Source: an uncultured Solibacteraceae bacterium (lineage in GTDB: Bacteria > Acidobacteriota > Terriglobia > Bryobacterales > Bryobacteraceae). Taken from it: a stretch of DNA of 37,247 nt. The notes under the pieces are model-generated. The model worked only from the letters and a program-made list of their open reading frames with translations. It searched no databases and had not been told where the DNA came from. The stretch is taken from positions 1-37,247 of the forward strand of contig CAYZJD010000003.1 of the NCBI GenBank assembly GCA_964478455.1, written 5' to 3'. Positions 30,249 through 37,247 of this stretch are shown one piece after another; the stretch's first letter is position 1; every line of letters begins with the position of its first letter. A program made the translations under genes and the position numbers.

Positions 30249-30549
30249 AGTACGGCTCCGCAGTCTCCAGGATTGCCTTGCGCCGAATCCAATTCGAGCT
30301 CCGCTCAATGGCTCGCCGCGAAACGAGGTCCACTTTTCTAGCCAGGATGCTTGACAGCTCCTCCTCCATCGCGACGTGATCGAGCAGGCTCCAGTCTGCG
30401 TCCGGGGCGAAGCTGACCAGCAGGTCCACATCGCTGTCCGGGCGAAAATCATCGCGCAGGGCAGACCCGAACACGCGGAGTTCGACGATCTTCCACCGGC
30501 GGCAGAACTCATCGAGCCGCTCTGTAGGAATGGGAATCTTTTGGCGCAC
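30235..30549 (-). CDS. mntA: MntA-like nucleotidyltransferase antitoxin
   Basis: 104 aa with the minimal nucleotidyltransferase motif VFGSALRDDFRPDSDVDLLVSF. Overlaps the downstream HEPN gene, the typical arrangement for this pair. Confidence 0.8.
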   Translation of the reverse strand: MRQKIPIPTERLDEFCRRWKIVELRVFGSALRDDFRPDSDVDLLVSFAPDADWSLLDHVAMEEELSSILARKVDLVSRRAIERSSNWIRRKAILETAEPYFVSR

Positions 30550-30707
30550 TGTGCCGCCGCCCTAACGGCAGGATACCAAGGCAGACAGCACCGTAGGAAG
30601 TACTCCGGTGGCCAAGGGTGGGCACAAATCTGAACACCCTGGCGAAGGGTCGGCCGATGTCCACACGCCATCAACCGCCGTAAGCTAGTGAGTGCTTGCA
30701 GGATAAC

Positions 30708-30785
30708 TGGTCGGGGCGAGTGGATTCGAACCACCGACCTCCTGGTCCCGAACCAGGCGCTCTAGCCAGGCTGAGCCACGCCCCG
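30708..30785 (-). tRNA. tRNA-Pro (anticodon CGG), CCA encoded
   Basis: Minus strand reads CGGGGCG-UG-GCUC-AGCCUGGCUA-GAGC-G-CCUGG-UUCGGGA-CCAGG-AGGUC-GGUGG-UUCGAAU-CCACU-CGCCCCG-A-CCA. The cloverleaf folds cleanly and the anticodon loop is UU-CGG-GA. Confidence 0.93.
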
Positions 30786-30849
30786 ACTCCTTATTCAGTG
30801 TAGCCCGCCGCCTGGGGGCAAGCAAGGACTTGTCGCGGCGCGCCGGCCC

Positions 30850-31095
30850 TCAGTATGGCGGCCCAAGCTGCTGGAACTCGAACCTCCGCGGGTCCAGGCC
30901 GCGGGCCGTGAGCTGGCGGATGCACTCCTCGACCGAGTCGCCGATCGCCTCGATTCGCCGCAGCGGCAGCGTCTCCGGAGTGTACACTTCGAGCGCAACC
31001 GTCTTGCCGACGAGTTGCGTGCGCTCTTCGAGTGTCAGCCGCTCCGGTGCACGGCCGATGACGGTCTTGGGGTCAATCGCGGATGCAAACGGCAT
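30850..31095 (-). CDS. Hypothetical small protein (81 aa)
   Basis: Compact ORF with host-like codon bias. No motif recognised. Confidence 0.45.
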   Translation of the reverse strand: MPFASAIDPKTVIGRAPERLTLEERTQLVGKTVALEVYTPETLPLRRIEAIGDSVEECIRQLTARGLDPRRFEFQQLGPPY

Positions 31096-31175
31096 TGAGG
31101 CGATTCTATCATCGGCCGCGCCGCCATCCGAATGCCGGATGGGCCCATCGGCGGCTCCTGTTAAGATGAACTCGA

Positions 31176-32570
31176 ATGTCCTACGACCTCATCGTTATCG
31201 GGAGCGGTCCGGGCGGCTATGTGGCCGCCGTTCGCGCCGGCCAGTACGGCCTGAAGACCGCCATCATCGAGAAGTCGCCCAAGCTGGGCGGCACGTGTCT
31301 GCACGTGGGCTGCATTCCGACCAAGGCGCTACTCCACACCGCGGACGTTTGGGAGGATCTCCTGCACGGCTCCGAGCAGGGCATCCTCTGCGACAATGCG
31401 CGCCTCGACTACCCGAAGACCATCGAACGGAAGAACCAGGTCGTCGCCAAGCACGCCAAGGGCGTGGAGTTCCTGATGAAGAAGAACAAAGTCGAGTGGG
31501 TCAAAGGCCAGGGCCGCCTGCTCGGCCGCGGCCGCGTCGAGGTCCGCTCGGGCGGCGGCGTCAAGACGCTCGAGGCGAAGCACATCATCATCGCCACCGG
31601 CTCGGAGGCGCGCATGCTCCCCGGGCTCGATCGCGACCCGGAGCGCATCCTCACGAACATCGAGATCCTCGACATGACCGTCATCCCGAAAACGCTGGCG
31701 GTCGTCGGCGCCGGCGCGGTCGGCGTCGAGTTCGCCTCCATCTTCAGCCGCTTCGGATCGAAAGTCACTTTGCTTGAGATGCTCCCTCGCATCGTGCCGC
31801 TCGAAGACGAGGAAGTCTCCAAGGAACTCGAGCGGGTGTTCAAGAAGAAAGGCATCCGCGTGGAAACGGCCGCGAAGGTCGAGAACATCCGGCGCGCCGG
31901 CGCGGGCGTTCAATTCAGCGCCACACTCGCCGGCGGCAAGCGCGAGGAGATGGAGGCGGAGAAGATCCTCATCGCCGTGGGACGCAAGCCGAACACCGAC
32001 AACATCGGCCTCGAAAACACGCGCGTCGAGCTGGATCGCGGCTCCATCAAAGTGAATGAGTGGCAGCAAACGGGCGAGCCGGGTGTTTACGCGATCGGCG
32101 ACGTGGTGGCCGGGACGCCGCTGCTGGCTCACGTGGCCTCGATGGAGGGCCTGGTCGCGGTGGGGCACATCGCCGGCAAGCGGGCGAGGCCGGTCGATCC
32201 GCGGCGCATCCCCAACTGCACTTACACCGAGCCGGGTATCGGCAGCGTCGGCCTCACCGAGGCCAAGGCGCGCGAGCTGGGCTACAAAGTGAAGATCGGC
32301 AAGTTCGGTTTCATGCCGAACAGCAAGGCCAGCATTCTCGGCCGCCACGACGGCTTCGTGAAGGTAGTGGCCGACGAGAAGTACGGCGAGATCCTCGGCG
32401 TCCACATCATCGGCCCGCAGGCCACCGAACTGATCGCGGAAGGGGTGGCGGCGATCGAAGCCGAGGCGACGGTGGAGACGCTGACCAGCACCATTCACTC
32501 CCACCCCACGCTCTCCGAGGCGGTGGGAGAGGCGTTCAACGCCATCTACGGTCTGGCTATCAATGCGTAG
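31176..32570 (+). CDS. lpdA: Dihydrolipoyl dehydrogenase (E3 component)
   Basis: 464 aa. FAD-binding motif DLIVIGSGPGGY, redox-active disulfide GGTCLHVGCIPTK, NAD-binding motif VVGAGAVGVE, and C-terminal HSHPTLSE. Confidence 0.95.
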   Translation: MSYDLIVIGSGPGGYVAAVRAGQYGLKTAIIEKSPKLGGTCLHVGCIPTKALLHTADVWEDLLHGSEQGILCDNARLDYPKTIERKNQVVAKHAKGVEFLMKKNKVEWVKGQGRLLGRGRVEVRSGGGVKTLEAKHIIIATGSEARMLPGLDRDPERILTNIEILDMTVIPKTLAVVGAGAVGVEFASIFSRFGSKVTLLEMLPRIVPLEDEEVSKELERVFKKKGIRVETAAKVENIRRAGAGVQFSATLAGGKREEMEAEKILIAVGRKPNTDNIGLENTRVELDRGSIKVNEWQQTGEPGVYAIGDVVAGTPLLAHVASMEGLVAVGHIAGKRARPVDPRRIPNCTYTEPGIGSVGLTEAKARELGYKVKIGKFGFMPNSKASILGRHDGFVKVVADEKYGEILGVHIIGPQATELIAEGVAAIEAEATVETLTSTIHSHPTLSEAVGEAFNAIYGLAINA

Positions 32571-33213
32571 GTGCGAGCTTCGCGACCTGGGGCGCGTCGA
32601 GTACAGCGAAGCCTTCGAGTTGCAGCGCGCCCTGGTGGAGGAGCGAAAGAGCGGCCGGATCCCGGACCAGTTGCTCATCGTCGAGCATCCCCATGTCATC
32701 ACGCTCGGCCGCAACGGCAAGCCGGAGCACTTGCTGGCCGGAGAGGAAGCGCTGCGCCGGGCCGGCGTCTCGTTTTATCCGGCCGATCGCGGCGGGGACG
32801 TCACCTACCACGGGCCGGGGCAGATCGTCGGCTACCCGATCCTCGACCTCCGCGAGTGGAAACGCGACGTGGTGGCTTACGTGCGCGCCATTGAGCAGGT
32901 GATCATCGGCGCGCTGGCTGAATTCGGCCTCGCCGCCGGACGCATTCCCGGCTGGACGGGCGTGTGGGTGGACGGCAAGAAGATCGCCGCCATCGGCGTT
33001 CACATCAGCCGCTGGGTCACCTCCCACGGCTTCGCGCTGAACGTGGACACGGATCTGCGCTATTTCCAGTACATCGTTCCTTGCGGGCTCAGCCAGCCTG
33101 TCACGTCCATGGCGGCACTGGGCGCGGGCGCGAGCCGCGCGCGGGTCGTCGAGGCGCTCGCCCGCCATTTCGCCGGCATATTCGAGTGTGAGATCATCTC
33201 ATCGGATTTGTAG
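32563..33213 (+). CDS. lipB: Octanoyltransferase LipB
   Basis: 216 aa with LipB motifs (LLIVEHPHVITLGRNG, RGGDVTYHGPGQIVGYPILDL, KIAAIGVHISRWVTSHGFALNV). 8-nt overlap with lpdA. Confidence 0.93.
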   Translation: MRRCELRDLGRVEYSEAFELQRALVEERKSGRIPDQLLIVEHPHVITLGRNGKPEHLLAGEEALRRAGVSFYPADRGGDVTYHGPGQIVGYPILDLREWKRDVVAYVRAIEQVIIGALAEFGLAAGRIPGWTGVWVDGKKIAAIGVHISRWVTSHGFALNVDTDLRYFQYIVPCGLSQPVTSMAALGAGASRARVVEALARHFAGIFECEIISSDL

Positions 33214-33222
33214 GATCTTCGA

Positions 33223-34947
33223 GTGAGTTCGCGGACCGTCCACGCGGTGCTGGAGGAAACGGCGGCGCGCTACGGCCATCTTCCGGCGCTGCACCAGCCA
33301 GAGGGCGGAAAGCACCGCGTGTACACCTGGGCCGAGTACAAGCGGGCGGTGGAAGAAATCGCCGCCGGGCTGCGGCGTCTCGGCGTCCAGAGGGGCGAAG
33401 TGGTGGCGCTCGATGCGGAGACGCGCGCGGAGTTTTACCTCGCCGACATCGGCACGATGACCGCCGGCGCGGTGGCCGCGGCCCTTTACCCCAGCTATCC
33501 CGTGGAAGAGCGCGCCCGCACGCTGCGGGCGGTGCAGGCGCGGGCGGTGTTCGTCGAGGACCCGGGAACGCTTCAAGCGCTGCGGCAGGCGGCCGGGGAG
33601 CCGCTGGAGGCGCACTGGGTCCTTCTCAGCGGACAAGCGGCAGGCGCGATGACGCTCGAGGAGCTGCGAAAGGCGGGGCGAGAAGCGATCGAGTCGGACC
33701 GCGGGCTGGCGGCGTCGCTGAAGGCGGAAGGCCGCGGGTCGGATCCGGCGATTCTGTACCTCACCTCGGGCGCGACCGGAGAGCCGAAGATGGCGCTGGT
33801 GAGCCAGGCGGCGCTGGTGGACAACATCGAGATGGGGCCGAAGGTGCTGTCGATGGGGCCGCGGGACGCGATGGTGGCATGGCTGCCGTCGGCGCACATC
33901 GCGCAGCGGGTGGTGGTCGAGCTGCTCCCCATCCGCTGCGGTGTGCCCGTTTGGTTCGCGGAGAGCCTCGGCAGGCTGCCAGAGACGATCCGCTCGGTGC
34001 GGCCGACGATCTTCCTGGCGCCGCCGCGATTCTGGGAGCGCGTCTACACGACCATCTGCGCGGAGATCAACCGCCGGCCGGCGGTTGTGCGCAAGGCGTT
34101 CTATGGCGCGTTGGGCCTGGGCCTCGAAGCGGCGCGGTTGCGCCTGGAGGGCAAGCCCGTGCCGGGGTGGATGCGAAGCACCCTGCGGCTGGCCGACCGG
34201 CTCATGTTCCGGAAGCTGCGCGCCCGTTTCGGGGGCCGGTTGAAAGTGCCCGTGTCGGGGGCGGCGCCGCTGGGCAAGGACCTGGCGCTGTTCTACGAAG
34301 TGATCGGGATGCCGCTGGTCGAAGGATATGGGCTCACGGAGGGCGGGATCGTGTCGCTCAACCCGATCGAGGCGCCGCGGCCGGGCAGCATCGGCAAGCC
34401 GTTGCCGGGGGTGGACGTGCGGGTGGCGGAGGACGGCGAACTGCTGGTCCGCGGCCCCTGCCTGTTTTCCGGGTATTACAACGACCCGGCGGCGACGGCG
34501 CAGGTGCTGCGGGACGGGTGGCTGCACACCGGCGACCTGGCGGAGATCGACGGCGAAGGCTTCATCACGATCACCGGGCGAAAGAAGGATCTGATCGTCG
34601 CTTCGAACGGCAAGAAGATCTACCCGTCGCGGATCGAGGGCTTGTTCGGCCTGGAGCCGCTGATCAACAACGTACTGCTGATCGGCGACCGGAAACCGTA
34701 CGTGTCGGCGCTGATCACGGTCAACCGGGCGGCCGCGCAGCGCGATGTGGAGGAGGAGGTACGCAAGGCCGTGGCGCGGGTGAACCAGCGGCTGGCGCCG
34801 TTCGAGCAGATCCGCAAGTTCCGGGTACTGGATCGCGACTTCAGCATCGAGGCGGGCGAGCTGACGGCAACGATGAAGCTGCGGCGGAGTCGCGTGCTGG
34901 AGAACTACCGGCGCCTGATCGCGGAGATGTACAAAGACGGCTTGTAG
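33223..34947 (+). CDS. AMP-dependent long-chain acyl-CoA ligase (FadD family)
   Basis: 574 aa with a GTG start. AMP-binding motif LYLTSGATGEPKMALVS, plus EGYGLTEG and GWLHTGDLAEIDGEGFITITGRKKDLI. Confidence 0.88.
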   Translation: MSSRTVHAVLEETAARYGHLPALHQPEGGKHRVYTWAEYKRAVEEIAAGLRRLGVQRGEVVALDAETRAEFYLADIGTMTAGAVAAALYPSYPVEERARTLRAVQARAVFVEDPGTLQALRQAAGEPLEAHWVLLSGQAAGAMTLEELRKAGREAIESDRGLAASLKAEGRGSDPAILYLTSGATGEPKMALVSQAALVDNIEMGPKVLSMGPRDAMVAWLPSAHIAQRVVVELLPIRCGVPVWFAESLGRLPETIRSVRPTIFLAPPRFWERVYTTICAEINRRPAVVRKAFYGALGLGLEAARLRLEGKPVPGWMRSTLRLADRLMFRKLRARFGGRLKVPVSGAAPLGKDLALFYEVIGMPLVEGYGLTEGGIVSLNPIEAPRPGSIGKPLPGVDVRVAEDGELLVRGPCLFSGYYNDPAATAQVLRDGWLHTGDLAEIDGEGFITITGRKKDLIVASNGKKIYPSRIEGLFGLEPLINNVLLIGDRKPYVSALITVNRAAAQRDVEEEVRKAVARVNQRLAPFEQIRKFRVLDRDFSIEAGELTATMKLRRSRVLENYRRLIAEMYKDGL

Positions 34948-34972
34948 CGAGTGGTGAGCGGGCTTGCCGCGG

Positions 34973-35407
34973 CTATGGGTCGCCGGCCACGAACCGTATT
35001 TCCCGGCTGCCGTCGTCGAGAGCCTTCAGCCGCACTTCGATGACGTTGGCGGGCCAGACGTACGGGAAGCGCTCGCCCCATTCGACAAGGACGACCGCGT
35101 CGCGGTCGAGCACGTCGTCGAGGCCGAGAGATTCCAGTTCGCGCGGGGTGTCGATGCGATAGAGATCGACGTGGTAGACCCTGGGCGCGTCGCCGTACTC
35201 GTGGATCAGCGTGAAGGTCGGGCTGGAGACGTCCTCGGGCGCGGCAGCGCCGAGGCCCTTCACGATGCCCTTGGCGAGCGTGGTCTTGCCGGCGCCGAGG
35301 TTGCCGATCAGAAGCACGGTGGCGCGCGAGGGAAGCTCGCGGGCCAATTGCTCGCCGACGGCGATGGTCTCCTCTTCAGACCTCGTCCGGAAGACCTTCA
35401 CACTCAT
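34973..35407 (-). CDS. tsaE: tRNA t6A37 biosynthesis ATPase TsaE (YjeE)
   Basis: Start trimmed to the ATG at 35405-35407 (144 aa). P-loop LIGNLGAGKTTLAKGI, SPTFTLIHEY, and HVDLYR motifs. The upstream 104 residues of the listed ORF overlap nnr in another frame. Confidence 0.85.
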   Translation of the reverse strand: MSVKVFRTRSEEETIAVGEQLARELPSRATVLLIGNLGAGKTTLAKGIVKGLGAAAPEDVSSPTFTLIHEYGDAPRVYHVDLYRIDTPRELESLGLDDVLDRDAVVLVEWGERFPYVWPANVIEVRLKALDDGSREIRFVAGDP

Positions 35408-36920
35408 CCATCGCCTCGGGGAGGAATTCGAGCATGTCGGTGGCGAGCAGCGCCTTCTCGCCGATGGCGGCGGCACCCAGCTCGCCGCAGCGGCCGTGGA
35501 GCCAGACGGCCGCGGCGATGGCGTCTTCGGCGTCGGCGGGGAACTGCGCGAGCAGGCCGGCGATGAAACCGGTAAGGATGTCGCCGCTGCCGCCGGTGGC
35601 CATGGCCGGGGTTCCGGTGGGGTTGATGCGAACGCATCCATCGGGCAAAGCGAGCAGGGTACGCTGCCCCTTGAGGACGAGACGGACGCGCCGTTCCATC
35701 GCAAACGCGCGCGCAACACCGACGCGGTCGGCCTGGACGGCGGAGGAGTTCATGCCGGCGAGACGGCCCATCTCGCCAGGGTGGGGCGTCAGCACCAGCG
35801 ATTCGCCCGCGAAGTTCGCGCCTGCGAGCGCGTTCAGCCCGTCAGCATCGATGACGAGCGGCTGGCGGATGGAGCTCACCAGCGAACGAACAAGCGCGAC
35901 GGTTTCGGGGTGCGTGCCGAGGCCAGGGCCAAGCGCGACGACATCCTTGTTTTCGAGGAGCGCGCGAAGCCGCCCGGTGGCCGACTCCGCAATCGAGCCG
36001 TCCGTCGTTTCCGGCAAGGCCTCGGTCATGATCTCCGGCGCGTGAGACGCGATGACGGGAATGGCGGAGGCGGCCGAAGCGACCGTCGCTAGGCCCGCGC
36101 CCGCGCGCAGGGCGGAGAGCCCGGCCATGGCGGCGGCGCCAGTCTTGCCGCGCGAGCCGCCGATGACCAGCACGTGGCCGAAGTCACCCTTGTGCGCTCC
36201 CGGCGGGCGCGGGCGAAACAGCCGCTGGAAGTCCCGCGTTTCAACGAGCGAGAGGAAGATGGAGTCGTCCTCTTCGTACATCTCCGGCGGGCTGCCGATC
36301 GCACCGACGCGCAGCTCGCCCACGAAGTCGCAGCCCGGCGGCAGCACCTGGCCGATCTTGGGGGCCGTGAACGTCACGGTCGCGTGGGCGCGCACGGTTT
36401 CACCGAGGAGAGAGGGCGCATCGCTCCCGAGGCCGGAGGGGATGTCCACGGCGACGATCTTCGCTCCAGGAAAGCCGCCGTTGATCTCGCGGATGAGTCC
36501 GAGCATGCGGCCCGTGGCCGGCCCTTGAAGTCCGGTGCCGAGGAGGGCGTCGACGACGAGGGTGGCGCGGCGCACCGCGGAGGTGATTTCGCTCGACCAC
36601 GGGCAGCCGCAGGTTTCGAGCATCCGAAAATTGGCCGCGGCGTCGCCGCGGAACTCCGCCGGGTCCGAGGCGAGGACGACGTCGAGCGCCCTCGGACGGA
36701 AGCGGGTGAAGAGCTGGCGCGCGACAACGAAACCGTCGCCGCCGTTGTTCCCTTTGCCGCAAAGGATGACGATGCGCTGAGCGGAGAGCGGATGGAACTT
36801 CTCCTGAAGGAACTCGACGACGCGGTGCCCCGCGTTCTCCATGAGCACCAAGCCGGGAATGCCGAGATCCATAGTGCGGCGGTCGATCTCGCGCATCTGG
36901 GCGGCGGTGAGGACCTTCAT
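35376..36920 (-). CDS. nnr: Bifunctional NAD(P)H-hydrate repair enzyme Nnr (epimerase + dehydratase, YjeF)
   Basis: 514 aa. N-terminal YjeF_N (ILCGKGNNGGDGFVVARQL) and a C-terminal carbohydrate-kinase-like dehydratase domain (GHVLVIGGSRGKTGAAAMA, ATGGSGDILTG). Confidence 0.9.
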   Translation of the reverse strand: MKVLTAAQMREIDRRTMDLGIPGLVLMENAGHRVVEFLQEKFHPLSAQRIVILCGKGNNGGDGFVVARQLFTRFRPRALDVVLASDPAEFRGDAAANFRMLETCGCPWSSEITSAVRRATLVVDALLGTGLQGPATGRMLGLIREINGGFPGAKIVAVDIPSGLGSDAPSLLGETVRAHATVTFTAPKIGQVLPPGCDFVGELRVGAIGSPPEMYEEDDSIFLSLVETRDFQRLFRPRPPGAHKGDFGHVLVIGGSRGKTGAAAMAGLSALRAGAGLATVASAASAIPVIASHAPEIMTEALPETTDGSIAESATGRLRALLENKDVVALGPGLGTHPETVALVRSLVSSIRQPLVIDADGLNALAGANFAGESLVLTPHPGEMGRLAGMNSSAVQADRVGVARAFAMERRVRLVLKGQRTLLALPDGCVRINPTGTPAMATGGSGDILTGFIAGLLAQFPADAEDAIAAAVWLHGRCGELGAAAIGEKALLATDMLEFLPEAMDECEGLPDEV

Positions 36921-37247
36921 GCGCGCGCTCCGGCGGCGAGCGTTTCGAGCTTGCGCAGGCCCTCGGGCTCGCCCATCGCGATCAGATAGTCGCCGCCGCC
37001 GATCTCGGCTTCGGCGGGCGGATTGAAGATCATCTTGCCGTCGGCGCGGCGGATGGCGAGCACGATGACGCCGAGGTCGCGGCGGATCTGCATCTGCTTG
37101 AGGGTTCTGGAGGCGAACTCGCTCGATTCACCGACGCGCACCTGCTCGATGCCCACGTCGAGCCCCATGCTCTTGGTGGTGAAGTCGATGAAGCGGAAGA
37201 CGTGCGGGCGCAGCAGGGCCTGGGCGAGCCGCTGGCCGGTGTTGGTG
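36917..37247 (-). CDS. TrkA/RCK-domain potassium transport protein, 5'-truncated by the window end
   Basis: The reading frame is open to the window edge. The C-terminal TrkA-C/RCK_C pattern reads LDVGIEQVRVGESSEFASRTLKQMQIRRDLGVIVLAIRRADGKMIFNPPAEAEIGGGDYLIAMGEPEGL. 4-nt overlap with the nnr start. Confidence 0.7.
   Translation of the reverse strand, partial: TNTGQRLAQALLRPHVFRFIDFTTKSMGLDVGIEQVRVGESSEFASRTLKQMQIRRDLGVIVLAIRRADGKMIFNPPAEAEIGGGDYLIAMGEPEGLRKLETLAAGARA

Noticed and set aside
29910-30734. 274-aa ORF spanning the TA locus and running into the tRNA gene
   Set aside because: Only its C-terminal 112 residues (the HEPN domain) make sense. The upstream part overlaps the MntA gene in another frame and even overlaps tRNA-Pro, so it is an over-extension to the most distal start codon.
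4500-30785. Whole T3SS-containing region as a genomic island integrated at tRNA-Pro
   Set aside because: There is no integrase, transposase or tRNA-derived direct repeat in the window. The T3SS genes share the GC-rich codon style of the housekeeping genes at 31-37 kb. This cannot be supported without comparative genomes.
31195-31202. CCCGATAA (minus strand) about 100 nt upstream of the 81-aa ORF
   Set aside because: It lies within the first codons of lpdA (…LIVIGSG… dinucleotide-binding motif forces this sequence). It has no -35 match, so it is most likely coincidence.
34973-35719. 248-aa version of the tsaE ORF
   Set aside because: The first 104 residues are Pro/Ser/Ala-rich and overlap the 3' end of nnr in another frame. 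The conserved TsaE sequence begins at the ATG at 35407.

Overview
This is a GC-rich bacterial window; third codon positions are almost all G/C. The taxon cannot be fixed from sequence alone, although the gene content resembles Acidobacteriota or Myxococcota style genomes. Positions about 4.5-23.4 kb form one uninterrupted minus-strand array encoding a non-flagellar type III secretion system (T3SS). In transcription order it reads: FliA-type sigma factor, SctI, SctJ, small ORF, SctL, SctN, SctO, SctP/FliK-like, SctQ, FliO-like, SctR, SctS, SctT, LysM-like ORF, SctU, hypothetical, [TPR + Gly-rich protein] x2, SctV, then a YscE/F/G-like trio, and an FHA protein with a C-terminal membrane anchor. 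No secretin (SctC), full-length SctD, gatekeeper or large translocator is visible in the window. Unusual features include an FHA domain inside SctQ, a FliO homolog, and a near-consensus sigma-28 promoter embedded in the 3' end of the sigma gene and aimed at sctI. There are also three paralogous glycine-zipper proteins with needle-like C-terminal helices. A Ser/Thr kinase-FGE fusion lies directly upstream of the array. Three tandem DUF4384 paralogs and a secreted caspase-TPR protease lie directly downstream on the same strand. The rest of the window holds an OprC-like (CxxxM...HxM) TonB-dependent receptor preceded by a possible Cys-cluster small ORF with its own promoter, and a Tat-signal protein. 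It also holds a HepT/MntA toxin-antitoxin pair next to tRNA-Pro(CGG), and housekeeping genes (lpdA, lipB, acyl-CoA ligase, tsaE, nnr, partial TrkA-like). No rRNA, CRISPR array, transposase or integrase was seen. Most long plus-strand ORFs across 0-30 kb are antisense shadows typical of high-GC DNA.
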